Origin: Selaginella moellendorffii
Lineage: Eukaryota > Plantae > Lycopodiophyta
Direction of reading: 5' to 3'
Assembly (NCBI RefSeq): GCF_000143415.4
Contig: NW_003314301.1
Coordinates: 1,356,981-1,420,980 of the forward strand
DNA length: 64,000 bases
Shown in pieces: positions 1 through 11,635 of this stretch. Below the pieces are notes generated by a model. It saw only the letters and a program-made list of their open reading frames with translations. It made no database searches and was not told the origin of the DNA. Each line of letters opens with the position of its first letter. Position 1 is the first letter of the stretch. The translations under genes and the position numbers were made by a program.

Positions 1-288
1 GCGCTTGTCTTGGGAGACAACACACAGCGAGTCGGGAACGTTGTCACTGCGAGGTTTCCAGTGCATCACCTTGCCACTGCTGTCCCGGATATAATTGGTT
101 TCCGTGTAGCGTAACCTAGCACTGTCCTTGTAGGAGCTCCGGAAGCTGGGCTCGTCCACGGCTGCTTTCCACGCGCGGCACACGCATCTGGAGGTGAGAA
201 CACCCGAGAATGGAAGCTTGCACAGGATTTGTCCCACAAGCTCGGGCATCAACGCCGATATTCCTGTGCCATTCTTCGTTGACGCCAT
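1..288 (-). CDS. F-box protein, 5' part (runs off window)
   Basis: Manual translation from ATG at 288: MASTKNGTGISALMPELVGQILCKLPFSGVLTSRCVCRAWKAAVDEPSF, matching the F-box consensus LPxELxxxILxxLP...RxVCRxW; open to position 1. Confidence 0.8.
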   Translation of the reverse strand, partial: MASTKNGTGISALMPELVGQILCKLPFSGVLTSRCVCRAWKAAVDEPSFRSSYKDSARLRYTETNYIRDSSGKVMHWKPRSDNVPDSLCVVSQDKR

Positions 289-691
289 AACCCTAGGCCA
301 ACTTCCCAACCCTTTTCAACTTTAAATACCTGAGGCATAAAACATTCTCGAAATATTCTCATGGCTACTTTATCTATTTAAAGTTTGAGAATAGGTTTGA
401 GGGTGTTTCACCCTAGATGCCTTTAATCATTGATAGAAGAAGAAATGCAATGAAAATCAAAAGAAAGAATAGGTTTAAACATAACAATTATTGATATACG
501 AATATTCACTTCGGGGCAGTTAACGGCTTCTAATTAAGCTGAGAATATTCGCCATTTTTATATTTTTAGGGCTCTTCCGCATTTTTGTAGCTTTGAGTGG
601 ATTAGATCACTAGGCAGCGATGGATCTGATCGATCTGGGATCCAGCATTTCTCCTCTGCTGTGCTGCTAGGGCGTACAAGAGAAGAGGTCG

Positions 692-1410
692 ATGGGATGC
701 GTCCTGGGCGCGGCGCGGGATAATCCCAAGTGCTACCTGGATATCTCGGCAGCTGGGGAATCGCTGGGGCGCCTGGTGATCGAGCTGCGCAAGGATGTGG
801 TTCCAAGAACAGCGGAGAATTTCCGGGGCCTGTGCACGGGTGAGTATGGCGCGTGCTACAGGGGGAGCAGCATTCACAGGATTGTGCCAGGCTACGTTGC
901 GCAGGCAAGAGATCTAGATCTGTGTGCGAGCTTGCGCTGAGATTTCTATTCTTCTTCCCAGGGGGGAGATTGTGGCAAATCGATCTATGGGAAGAGATTC
1001 GAGGACGAGAATTTCAAGCTCTTGCATACTTCCAAAGGGACGCTTTCCATGGCAAACAATGGCCCTCACACCAATGGTATAGTCCCAAATTCTCCTTGTT
1101 CTTTCCAAAATCTCTTGGATTCATCTCTTCTTTGATCCATTCTCTCGGTCTCAGGGACACAATTTTTCATCTCTTTGGGTAAATGCAAGCAACTAGATGG
1201 AAAGCACGTCGTGTTTGGCAAAGTCATCCAAGGTATAGTGCTCGTACTTTTGTACTTTTCTTTTTTATCTTCTACTACCACAGTGTAAAGTTCTCGCTAC
1301 GTTGATTTTCAGGCATTGAGCTTTTGGACTCGCTGGGCAACTTGGGGAGTAGCGAAGGAAGAACGATCAAAGAAGTAAAGATCCATGACTGTGGCGAGCT
1401 AGTTCAGTAA
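692..1410 (+). CDS. Cyclophilin-type peptidyl-prolyl isomerase (4 exons)
   Basis: Spliced: NPKCYLDI...[15 protein letters not shown]...[10 protein letters not shown]|[18 protein letters not shown]...[12 protein letters not shown]|TQFFI...[11 protein letters not shown]|IELLD...IHDCGELVQ*. Intron 1 (905-961) is GC-AG. Confidence 0.9.
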
Positions 1411-1449
1411 ATACTGTGAAAAAGAAAAACTATTTTCCTTTTCATACCT

Positions 1450-1680
1450 GTGAAAATAGGATATTGCGCAACAATATACAGCAAAGAGCCATGGAGTTGC
1501 TTCAAAGCTTAAATATATCTCAGATATATCTTGAGAGAAAGATCAAAATACAATATTGATGGAATAAGAAAGAACGCATAAAATTTATAACCCACTTTAC
1601 AAATATCATGAAGACCCATTCGTCTTCGTATTTGATGCATCTCACAAGGAACAGAAGGGTATATTCGATGGATAACCGTG
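1450..1680 (-). pseudogene. Deleted relic of the unknown gene at 37636-38079
   Basis: Shared blocks in the same order: ttacaaat(a/g)tcatgaagacccattc(g/a)tcttcgt, atttgatgcatctc, agaagggtatattcga at ~1597-1670 and ~37761-37906. Confidence 0.6.
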
Positions 1681-1790
1681 TCGCAAAACCCTAAATTCTC
1701 TTCTTAGGGTTCTTTACATTTCTCTTCCTCTCAAACGCTACGATCGCGACGACGCGGCAACGATGAGCCTCGATCTGGCACGCCTGGATC

Positions 1791-4484
1791 ATGGCGAGCG
1801 CTCGGATGGGCAGCTTGCTGGCTGCATTGAAGCAATGCGGCAGCTCGAGAGATCTGGCAAGAGGAAAGCTTGTCCATGCCGCGGCGATCGAGCGCGGCGA
1901 TGTCTCGAGCATCCGGGTATGGAATTCTCTGATTAGCATGTATGGAAAATGCGGCAGCCTCACGGATGCGCGCCTTGTGTTTCACAGGATGCCCGGCCAC
2001 AGCGTCGTGTCGTGGAACGCATTGCTGCTGGGATTCGCCGAGAGCGGCGAAGGCGGCATCGTTCTCGAGCTCTTCTCGGCGATGCAAGCCCAGGGCTGCG
2101 CCGCCGATCGATTGACGTACGTTGCGCTACTCAAGGCTTCTGGAAATCTCGCAGAGAAAGCGAATGACAGTTCTTTCCTCGTGAAGCTCGGGGCTTTGGA
2201 GAAAGCAATGGCGATCCATTCCATGGCTCTCAACGAGGACCCTGTCGTCCATAGCTTCGTCCAAAATGGTTTGGTAGAAACTTATGCCAAGTGTGGGAGC
2301 TTGACCGATGCTCGAATGGTTTTCGACAGGATGGAGCTCCACACGGTCGTCTCTTGGACGTCTTTGATTCTCGGGTACGCTGAGAATCGCGAGGAAAGAC
2401 TGGCCCTGGAGATTTTCTCTCGAATGGAAGCGGATGGAGGCTGTGTACCAGATTCTCGGACTTTTGTTGCTGCTGTCAAGGCATGCACGGGACTGGCTGC
2501 TCGAGACGAATGGAGAAAAGCTGACGGCAAGGTGGTGAAAGCTCTGGCATTAGAGAAAGGACTAGCAATCCATGCTCAGGCTGCACAGCGAAGGCACGAC
2601 TCGGACATTTTTCTGGCAAGCTCGCTGGTAAACATGTACTGCAAGTGTGGGGGTCTCGATCACGCGAGCAGAGTCTTCAGTGGTATGCCGGTTCATAACA
2701 TTGTGACTGTAAACGCTTTGATGCTTGGCTATGCAGAGAATGGAGAAGGAGGCAGAGCTTTCGAGATCTTTATGGACATTAAGGAACGGTGCACTGGACA
2801 GGACTATCTAACTTTCCTGGCGGCAATCAAGGCCTGTGCAAGCCTTGCGACGAGAGAAGTCGGAACTCACGTCGATGGGAAGCTCTTGAAAGTGGATTCG
2901 CTGGAAAAGGGTATGTTTGTTCACGTTGAAGCTGCAAAATGTGGCTGTGACACGAACTCTTTTGTCAGGAATTCCATGCTGGATATGTACACGAAGTGCG
3001 GGAGCCTGGTGGATGCTCGCAGGCTGTTCGAGAGGACTTTTATCCGCGATGATGTTGTGTTGTGGAACACCTTGATTCTTGGGTACGTTGAGAGTGGAGA
3101 AGCGCAAATCGCTTTGACATTGTTTGATCGGATGACTTCAGAAGGCTGCTCGCCAGATGCTAGAACGTTCATGGTTGCTTTCAAGGCATGCACTTGTCTC
3201 TCGGAGAAAGAAGAAGGCAAGCGAGTTTGCGGCAAGACCGTCAAGCTTGAGACCATGAGAAAGGCTATGGAAATTCACTCTCAAGCGGCGAAGTGTGGCT
3301 ATGACTCGGACCTTTTCGTGGCAACTACGATGATCGACATGTACGCCAAATCTGGGAGCTTGACAGATGCTGAGAAGGTTTTCCAGGAGATGAAGAACCG
3401 TGACGTTGTCGCCTGGACTACGATGGTTCTTGCCTATGCCGAACAAGATGCAAGTAAGCACTTGGCTTTAGAGTTGCTCGACCGCATGCAACGCGAAGGC
3501 TGTGCCCCGATCTCTCTTACGTACGTTGCTGCTTTGAAGGCCTGCGCGAGCCTGGCGATGGAAGAGGAGGGCGAGAAAATTAATGGAAAGGTCGTGAAGG
3601 TGCTCTCGTTGGAGCGAGGAGCTGCCATTCACTCAAAAGCCGAGGAACAAGGATTTGATTTGGACCTCCTTGTGATGAACGCGGCGGTGGACATGTACTC
3701 CAAGTGTGGTAACATGGTGGACGCTGGAAGAACTTTCGACCGCATGGTTCTTCGCACCGTGACTTCCTGGAACACCTTGATGATGGGGTATGTGGAAAAC
3801 GGTGAAGCATCGATGGCTCTAAGCTTGTTCTCTCGTATGCAGCGTGAGGGCCCGGCTCCAAATCCTGGAACTTTTGTGGCTGCTCTCAAGGCGTCTGCGA
3901 ATCTGTCAGCGCTGCAAAGTGGACGGCAAGTTCACATAGAAATCTGCCGCTACGGTCACGAGTTCCATGAGATCGTCGCAAATTCTCTGGTGGATGCTTA
4001 CGGCAAGTGTGGAAGCATGACTCGAGCTCACCAGGTATTTGATTCCATTCCTAAACCGGATTTAGTGAGCTGGAACACGCTGCTAGCAGGTTACAGCCGC
4101 GAGGGGAACACCGAGCTCGTGTTCTCCCAGTTCCACAAATTGGAAGACGAAGGCCGCCTCAAACCAAACGTGGTGACTTTCGTTTCCCTCCTCGCGGCTT
4201 GCAGCCACGCCGGGCTGGTCGATCGAGGCAAGAGGCTTTTCCAGGCAATGGTGTCCAGGTATGAGATCGATCCAGTGTTGGAGCACTACCACTGTCTGGT
4301 CGATTCTCTGGGCCGTGGGAATCAGCTGGAAGAAGCGATGAAGATCGTGGAGACGATGCCTTTCTCGCCGAATGATGTCACCTGGAGGACGGTGCTGGGT
4401 GCGTCGAGGAAGTGGAGCAACGATCGAGTGGCAAAACAAGCATTTGATTCGCTGGTGGGCTCGATAGGTTCATTGGGACAATGA
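1791..4484 (+). CDS. PLS-class pentatricopeptide repeat protein (ends in E1, no DYW), probable organellar RNA-editing factor
   Basis: 897-aa intronless ORF with repeated P-L-S motifs (NSLISMYGKCGSL..ARxVF; VVSWNALI.GY) and a C-terminal TFVSLLAACSHAGLV...EHYHCLVDSLGR...TWRTVLGA. Confidence 0.95.
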   Translation: MASARMGSLLAALKQCGSSRDLARGKLVHAAAIERGDVSSIRVWNSLISMYGKCGSLTDARLVFHRMPGHSVVSWNALLLGFAESGEGGIVLELFSAMQAQGCAADRLTYVALLKASGNLAEKANDSSFLVKLGALEKAMAIHSMALNEDPVVHSFVQNGLVETYAKCGSLTDARMVFDRMELHTVVSWTSLILGYAENREERLALEIFSRMEADGGCVPDSRTFVAAVKACTGLAARDEWRKADGKVVKALALEKGLAIHAQAAQRRHDSDIFLASSLVNMYCKCGGLDHASRVFSGMPVHNIVTVNALMLGYAENGEGGRAFEIFMDIKERCTGQDYLTFLAAIKACASLATREVGTHVDGKLLKVDSLEKGMFVHVEAAKCGCDTNSFVRNSMLDMYTKCGSLVDARRLFERTFIRDDVVLWNTLILGYVESGEAQIALTLFDRMTSEGCSPDARTFMVAFKACTCLSEKEEGKRVCGKTVKLETMRKAMEIHSQAAKCGYDSDLFVATTMIDMYAKSGSLTDAEKVFQEMKNRDVVAWTTMVLAYAEQDASKHLALELLDRMQREGCAPISLTYVAALKACASLAMEEEGEKINGKVVKVLSLERGAAIHSKAEEQGFDLDLLVMNAAVDMYSKCGNMVDAGRTFDRMVLRTVTSWNTLMMGYVENGEASMALSLFSRMQREGPAPNPGTFVAALKASANLSALQSGRQVHIEICRYGHEFHEIVANSLVDAYGKCGSMTRAHQVFDSIPKPDLVSWNTLLAGYSREGNTELVFSQFHKLEDEGRLKPNVVTFVSLLAACSHAGLVDRGKRLFQAMVSRYEIDPVLEHYHCLVDSLGRGNQLEEAMKIVETMPFSPNDVTWRTVLGASRKWSNDRVAKQAFDSLVGSIGSLGQ

Positions 4485-4718
4485 AGAACAAAACGTAATC
4501 TCCTATGCATCACTGTTCTTGGCGCCATTTAGATTCAAAATATTCTTTCGCAAAGATTCGCCTATGTAAAAGCGGCAGAGGGATATCCATTGCGTGTTTA
4601 TTCTATCGAGGTCATGGATTTCGCCTTGTTCTCCACTTGTCCTAGCTTCCACTGCTCTAGATTCATCGCAGACGATAAATTTCTTTCAAGTGATCAACAC
4701 TTCTTTGCCCCATAAGAA

Positions 4719-6034
4719 ATGTTTGCGATCAAACTCCTTTTAGCACTCTCATTGTTACTCGTTGCGATTCTCACGTTTTTTCTTGCAATTTCTCGAGTGG
4801 ATCCACTCCCTGCTGCCTGGAATCCAGCTCCAGAGCGCCAGGGGATCTACGCTGCAAATGCCGCGCTCCAGCGGGTCGAGAAGATTGGGGTTGGGTTTTT
4901 CTCCGGAGCCGAGGATCTGGCTGTGGATCAAGAGGGCCGGATTTACTCCGGTGGGAAGGACGGATGGATCAAGCGATATTTCCCCGCGACTGGCAGGATC
5001 GAGAACTGGATCTACGTGGGAGGGCATCCTCTGGGCATGGCGATTGGGAAATATGGGGAGCTCATTGCCGTGGAGCCGGTCATGGTGAGAGAATCTCTTA
5101 GAGATTTTTTCCTTCGCTCTAATCTATTCCTTCCATCGCAGGGGCTCTTGAATGTGACCGATGCTGGAGTGGAGATTCTCTCAAACGAGGCCGATGGATT
5201 GAAATACAAGTAAGAACTGTGGAGATTTTTTCTATTTGAGTGTGGGAACTTTGGATCTCTTGCTCTAGAATTGCCGATGAATTGGTCGTAGCTCGAGACA
5301 ACACGATCTACTTCACGGATGCCAGTACCAAATTCGATGTCGCTGATTGCCGGCTAGATATTTTGGAATCGCGACCCAATGGCCGGATCCTAAAATTTGA
5401 TCCATCCTCAAGAACAACATCGGTGTTGCTCAAGGATTTGTATTTCCCAAATGGAGTAGCGCTGTCACGCGACGAGAATTACCTGGTTTTCTGCGAGACC
5501 TCCAAGTAAGTTTCCTTTTGCTTTTCTCTTGTTTCTCAGCTGTGTTTAATTACAGAGCCAGGTGTAGAAAATACTGGCTCCGAGGAGAAAAGATGGGAAG
5601 CATCGAGAATTTTCTGGACAATTTGCCAGCGTTTCCAGACAACATCCATATCAACGCTGGTGGGAATTTTTGGATCGCCCTCGTATCGGTTAGAAGATTC
5701 TTTCTTCTTCCACTTTGGTTCCAAAGTTTAATTTTTTGTACAGGATCGTCTATGGCACATTGAGCTCATCTCAAACTCGCCGCTACTAAAGAAGCTCGTC
5801 TCTCATCTGGTGCCTTTTCTCCCGGATGAATCGCTACAATCAGCTAAAGTTTTGGCTGTGGATCCAGATGGAAGGCCTCTTGAATTTTACGAGGATCCGA
5901 CCGGAAAAGAAATGGCGTTTGTGACATCTGCTCTCCAAGTTGGAGATCACCTCTACCTGGGAAACTTAGCAAAGAGCTACATTGGAAGGATCAAGTTGTC
6001 CTCGAGAGAGAAAGGGACAAGATTCTCAATTTAG
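4719..6034 (+). CDS. Strictosidine synthase-like / APMAP-like beta-propeller protein (5 exons)
   Basis: N-terminal anchor; GAEDLAVD, GGHPLG, IYFTDASTKF, LYFPNGVALS, FPDNI and LYLGNL motifs joined by GT-AG introns. Confidence 0.9.
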
Positions 6035-6699
6035 CAGAATAGTTTTAAGCTGGAAAACAAGAACATGAGGCAAAGAGCTTGAACTGAAACTACATAAAAA
6101 TGATCGCAAGATTTCAAGCTTGTAAAATTACTAGATCTCAAGCTTGCAAAATTAATGTCATCTCTAAATTTTTAAATATTAGAAAACATTATTTTATAAA
6201 TGGAAAGAGAATCTATCTTGATGGTAGAGCCATTTTCGTGCTATAAAATGCTAAGTGTAATAAATTTTGAAAATTAGTATGTAGTTGATATATGTCCTCA
6301 TTGAGGTGTGATTGAAGCCCTTTATGCAAGCACATCCATGCTATGAAAGAAATTCAACTCCAAAGAAGAAAAGACAAAAAGCCCAATCTATACAGTGAGA
6401 ATACGCTTCAAAAGAATAAATGTTTCAGCATCAAGGAAGTCATATATGATTTTGATCTTCTCTTCGGTAGGATGTTCATCTATAAATAAGAAATTTTAAA
6501 ATCAAAACTACTTTACTTACTTGAGTTTGGATGTGAAAACTTGTTATTCCAATGTTCTTGAACAAGCTTGACCGGTAAATTGATATACTCCACCAAAGAC
6601 TCTTGTGCTATTCTCTCAGCTGAATTTCGTCCATATTGAATAACAAGTTTAGATTTGCATCTTGCAATCAAGTGTTTATGGTTTTCACCATTTCCTTGA

Positions 6700-6805
6700 T
6701 TCTCTTCCTCTCAAGGATATATGGCAACGATGAGCGTCAATCTGGCACGCCTGGATCATGGTGAGCGCTCGGATCGGCATCTTACTGCATTGAAGCAATG
6801 CGGCC
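6700..6805 (+). pseudogene. Short duplicate of the PPR gene 5' end
   Basis: tctcttcctctcaa...ggcaacgatgagc...tctggcacgcctggatcatgg...gcattgaagcaatgcggc matches ~1722-1841. Confidence 0.8.
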
Positions 6806-7419
6806 TTTCCCGCTCATCTTTAGACGATGGTATCGGTAGCCAAAGCACATGCCTATTGAGTTCTAAACCATGACTCCTTTTAAGAGCAAATCCAAGGCCT
6901 TACAAAAATATTGTACCTGGTTTTCATTTTTGCCCATGGAGCCTGGGCCCTGTAGTTAGGCCGTCCTCTGCCAGTGGCTCGAAAGTGCATTGATATAATT
7001 GTAATATAATTTGTTATCATGCAATTTATTTTAGGTGAGTTTTATATAATTTATCATGGAATAAAATGTTCTGTTGCTCATCGTGCGATCTCACGTGCGT
7101 GGCTTTTAGTATGAAGCGAAGAGTTTTGGGCATGCAGTGCACGGAGTTGCTCTAAACAGATCTCTTGTTAATAGGACTTCGAAAAACTAGCCACCTCCTA
7201 GATTGAAATGGCTGACACTTGGTGGGAAGCAGAATGGTGGCTTCAATTTCTACTTCTCATTCTCGTCACTGTTTTATCTCTTCATGCTGCTTCTGAATCG
7301 CCGGTATCTGCTTCCAAATGACAGCTACTCGATCCTCCGCCCCCTGCAAGAAGAAGAGAGCGAATCCTCCAAACCTTGAGTTTCCCGGCAATCTTGGAGC
7401 TCTGCATTGCCACCGCGTG

Positions 7420-7797
7420 TTATGTTTGTAAACGATGAGAGGCTCGGCTAGATGCTGCTGTGCAGGGCTCGTCGTTGCCGAGATCATCGTCGTAGTAGTC
7501 ACGATTGTGGGAAAGCGTTGAGGCTCCTGGATGAGGAGTTGTTAACGTTCAACGATCTCGCGGGCTGATCGTCCATTCGCGGTACTCCTTACGGATGGTG
7601 AGCCCATCGTCTCTTCCAATCTTTCGAAAGATTCTGTTGGTAAGTGCCCGGAGCTGGTCGCCTTGTTCTTGCTGGCAGACGATGGAACTGGTGGAGCTGG
7701 AGTCGTTTGAGATTTCCTGGATCTTAGGAAGAATAGTGCTTTGCGCTGCTGCTAGCAAAACAAAACAAAACAGAAATCGATCAACCACGCCATGCAT
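7420..7797 (-). CDS. Possible small secreted protein
   Basis: Signal-peptide-like start (MHGVVDRFLFCFVLLAAAQS); a plausible gtaagg...ccag intron extends the frame to ...STLSHNRDYYDDDLGNDEPC...; no family recognised. Confidence 0.3.
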
Positions 7798-9599
7798 GCG
7801 AAGATAGTCACGTATCTCTCATGACTGTCCATATCCAAATCCACTGTTGTTCTTGCCAAGATCTCAATTATTCCCATTGGAACTCTCCACTTCACAATGA
7901 TTGCCTTTCTCGATTACTTCCTCCTCGAGCTACTCCTCCCTGTGAATCAAAACGGTCCTGGATTTGTTGCGACCTCAGCCTCAAGTATCTGAAGTTCTTG
8001 AGCAGCGTCTTGAAAATTGTGGACTATTGTCAAAGTCAAAACCATGCTTTGTTTTAGACTAAGCATGATTAATTAGTGGGGGATTAATAATAATATTAAA
8101 GCTAGGTTATCCATTGAGAGGAAATACAAAAGAAGGTTTAATGAATAATAAAGAGTAAATGGTGGTGTGATCAATGACATTGTTAAAAAGGTCAATACTA
8201 AAGATAATGAACCTTTAGATGGCTATTGTAATAATTAGTACTAGAGCATGAAGAAGCTCAAAGTGTGAGTGCACAGAAGCTTCACGGTTTGGTTGCCTAA
8301 AGTCGAGTTGCCAAGTGTTCTGCATTGCCACCTACAAAGAGCTAACAAATGAGGAAGGAGAGAAGAAGAAGATTGGGTTTGGGTGGCGTGGCCCACTCAC
8401 ACCAACGTCCTCTAGTCTTAGCTTGCCACAGTTTGAAACGACTAGACTAAGTCGTGCTTTAGTCTTCTTTTCTTCCGTTTTTAATGGTGTCATCTAAAAA
8501 ATTAGAAAACGCGCAAACGTGTTGCATCATTTTGTATGTATGAACTAGCGAGAGAACGTTATATGCTTGTGTTGAGCAAAATACAGGGCTTGTATCCATG
8601 GCCAACCTCGATCCCACTGGTGTGCTGGGAGCGCTTGTTTCTGAAGCTGTTAAAGAAGTGATTGGGCTTGCCAAGTCTGCCATTCATTGCAAGGAGAAGT
8701 GCAGCGAGTTGGAAGTTTCATTGACCAAAGCATCAGGTCTACTAGGTGAAATGAAGAAATATTCTGCTGCCGAGGGCTCTCTGAGCTCCTCACAACTGGA
8801 TTCCTGGCTGAAAGCCCTCCAAGCCAAGGTTGAAGAGGCTAAACCTCTTGTTCTTGAGTGCCAGTCTCTACAAAATCCCATTCTAGATTGCCTAAAGAGG
8901 TTGGTTGTGCTTCTTTTGGGATATTTCTGAATTGAGTTTGTGATTTTGTTTCAGGATAAGACTTGCTACCATCTCTGCTCCAAGGCGATCCATGGGCACT
9001 TGGTTGCAGCTCCTCTACATCTTGGCGTTGAGATTCTGAAGAACATTGATACATTGAAGAAGCAAAAGGAGGTGCCATCTAATGTGGTTCCAAAGGAAGA
9101 ACAGCATGTTGTTCCTCTGGATGACCACATTTTCGGCATGGAAGAGATGCTGGAGCGGGTTGTATCAGACTTGCTGGGGTCCCCTGTAAGCAGCAAGTGG
9201 GTTGGAGTCCATGGAGCAGGAGGTGAGAGGAGTCGCGTTTCAAAATCCATCACTCCTGGCCAAACGAGTATGTGACAACGATCAAGTCAAGGGGCGTTTC
9301 GATCCAATTTTGTGGCTAACATTCGGTCAGTCGGTTCAGGTACGTTCCTTAAGCTTATAATTGAGCAGCTATGGTTGTATTTCCTCAGGTGGAGAAAAAG
9401 CAGCATGAACTTGCCAAACAACTCCGACTAGGTGGTCAGAGAAAGAAAAGCGGAGCAAGAACAATGGATTTCACTTCAACACACATTGATTCATTTATGG
9501 CTGTATATATATACAACTTCAATCAAATCGGAAATCACCAGAGATCTGATCACGATTCGGACTGCTTGTCGTGTTCATCATTATTCCTACACTCCCCCT

Positions 9600-11099
9600 T
9601 CAAGCTGAGGGTGTGCTTGACACTCCAAGTTGATTCCTCAGCTTGATGAATGTGAGCTCCGAAAGTGGCTTGGTTAGAAGGTCCGCCAACTGATACTGTG
9701 AAGGAATGTATTCCAGGTGAAGATCTCCGGCTGCTACGTGTTCGCGAATGAAGTGATGCTGCACGTCTATATGTTTCGTACGAGCATGAAACACAGGATT
9801 CTTTGACATGGCGATTGCACTTCTGCTGTCGCAATGCAGAATGGTCGCATCTGATTGCTGTTGATTGAGTTCTCCAAGTAATCGACGAAGCCAGATGATC
9901 TCCCTTGCTGCTGTACTAGCAGCTACGTATTCTGCTTCTGCACTGGAAAGAGCAACCGTCATTTGCTTCTTGCTTCCCCATGAAACCGGAGCACCAGCAA
10001 TTATGCAGCAAATTCCGGAGGTTGAATGTCGTGTATCCAAGTTGCCAGCCCAATCTGCATCGCAGTAAGCTTGAAGAACAAGTTTGGATTGACCTGAGCA
10101 TTTGTAAACCAATCCATGAGCAGCCGTTCCTTTCAAATACCTCAAAACTCTCTTCACCATCTGCCAATGATAACAACTCGGAGACTGCATGTATCGGCTG
10201 AGGAGACCAACGGCAAAGGAGATGTCAGGGTGAGTCATGTTGGCGAGGTAGAGTAGTCCTCCAACAAGCGATCGGTAGACCGAGGGCTGATCAAATAAAT
10301 CATCCATCTTGCTTGTGAACTTGATGCCAGTGACGACTGGCGTAGCCACGGATTTGCAACTTGTCATGTTGAACTGGTTGAGAAGCTTCTTCACATATTG
10401 GCACTGTGTGAGGGTGATTGTCCTGTCTGCTTCATCCCTGTCAACTTCCATCCCTAACAACTGCCGCACAGCTCCTAAGTCCTTCATCACAAACCTGTTC
10501 ATAAGCTTGATCTTCACATCCTTCAAAATAGCGTGATTGTTGCTGACAATCAAACAGTCGTCCACATAAACTGCTATCACAACAAAGTGATCACCCTGCT
10601 GAAGAAGATATAGATTTCCATCGCTGTTCAACCTCTGCATACCGAGATCTATAAGAAAAGAATCCAAACATTCATACCACTGACGGGAAGCCTGCTTAAG
10701 GCCATAAAGAGCCTTGCGAAGCTTGCAGACGAGTTCGGAGCACCGTGATCCAAAAAGCTCAAAGCCTAGGGGTTGCCGCATAAATATCTCCTCCTTCAAG
10801 TTCCCATTAAGGAAGGCTGTTTTTACGTCTATGTGATGTGCGCACAAACCAAACTCCGCTGTAAAAGCCAAAAGCATTCTGATACTTGTCTGCTTCACAA
10901 TTGGTGAGAACGTCTCATCAAAATCCACTCCAGGAACTTGTGAATATCCTTGAGCAACAAGTCTTGCTTTGTAACGCTGTACCGATCGTCCTCCTCTTCC
11001 GCGGCCTCCTCTGCCTCGATGATTTCCAACCCACAGAGCTGAATCAGTCCTTGACTGATTGCTTGATGCAGAAGCATTTGATGTAGACTGTGAGATCAA
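9600..11099 (-). CDS. Ty1/Copia RT-RNaseH (protease and integrase absent; Gag RGG tail fused directly to RT)
   Basis: YKARLVAQG, IDVKTAFLNG, LYGLKQA, YVDD, YCDADWAG, SSAEAEY, HARTKHID, QLADLLTK; stop followed by PPT agggggag and TGTAGG. Confidence 0.95.
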   Translation of the reverse strand: MISQSTSNASASSNQSRTDSALWVGNHRGRGGRGRGGRSVQRYKARLVAQGYSQVPGVDFDETFSPIVKQTSIRMLLAFTAEFGLCAHHIDVKTAFLNGNLKEEIFMRQPLGFELFGSRCSELVCKLRKALYGLKQASRQWYECLDSFLIDLGMQRLNSDGNLYLLQQGDHFVVIAVYVDDCLIVSNNHAILKDVKIKLMNRFVMKDLGAVRQLLGMEVDRDEADRTITLTQCQYVKKLLNQFNMTSCKSVATPVVTGIKFTSKMDDLFDQPSVYRSLVGGLLYLANMTHPDISFAVGLLSRYMQSPSCYHWQMVKRVLRYLKGTAAHGLVYKCSGQSKLVLQAYCDADWAGNLDTRHSTSGICCIIAGAPVSWGSKKQMTVALSSAEAEYVAASTAAREIIWLRRLLGELNQQQSDATILHCDSRSAIAMSKNPVFHARTKHIDVQHHFIREHVAAGDLHLEYIPSQYQLADLLTKPLSELTFIKLRNQLGVSSTPSA

Positions 11100-11635
11100 A
11101 ACATGGGAAGGCCTCTGTCAAAGTCCACAATCAAACCTCTCGCAGCCAGCTCCGAGCGTAAAGTTTGCTCAGCTTGTTCAAAGTTGAGCGACATCATGCG
11201 AACGGTAGGGACGAAAGAACTAAAAGAAGAATCTTGCATGGCCTCGCAAAGTGCCAGAACTTTCTTGCTTTCGTTGAACGCTGCTGGACTGCCTTCAAGC
11301 TCCATCCACAGATCTTGCATCTTGGCGAGGAACTCTTCAAAGTTCTCGCCTGGATGAAAACAGGTCTCACGAATGCAAGTCTCGACCATGCTAATCTTGG
11401 AGAGGGAAAGAACAGCATACTTGTTGTGGAGATGAGCCCAGATCTCACAAGCACACTTATGACGCATCATAAGGGCATCTGCAAGCTTAGAAAGAATCAA
11501 TCCTTTTGCTCGAGATTCCTTCTTCTCCAGCGCAGCTTGTTCCCCTGGATCAAGCTGTTGTCGAGCTGCTGCAACAGAGGCACGAATTGCCTCTTCATCC
11601 ACGACTTCTCCTTCCACTGAAGTTGAAGCTCCCAA
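11096..11635 (-). CDS. Copia Gag fragment
   Basis: KESRAKGLILSKL...ACEIWAHLHNKY...FEEFLAKMQDLWMEL resembles Copia gag (UBN2-type); lies directly upstream of the RT ORF with a frame change. Confidence 0.75.
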   Translation of the reverse strand: MGASTSVEGEVVDEEAIRASVAAARQQLDPGEQAALEKKESRAKGLILSKLADALMMRHKCACEIWAHLHNKYAVLSLSKISMVETCIRETCFHPGENFEEFLAKMQDLWMELEGSPAAFNESKKVLALCEAMQDSSFSSFVPTVRMMSLNFEQAEQTLRSELAARGLIVDFDRGLPMF

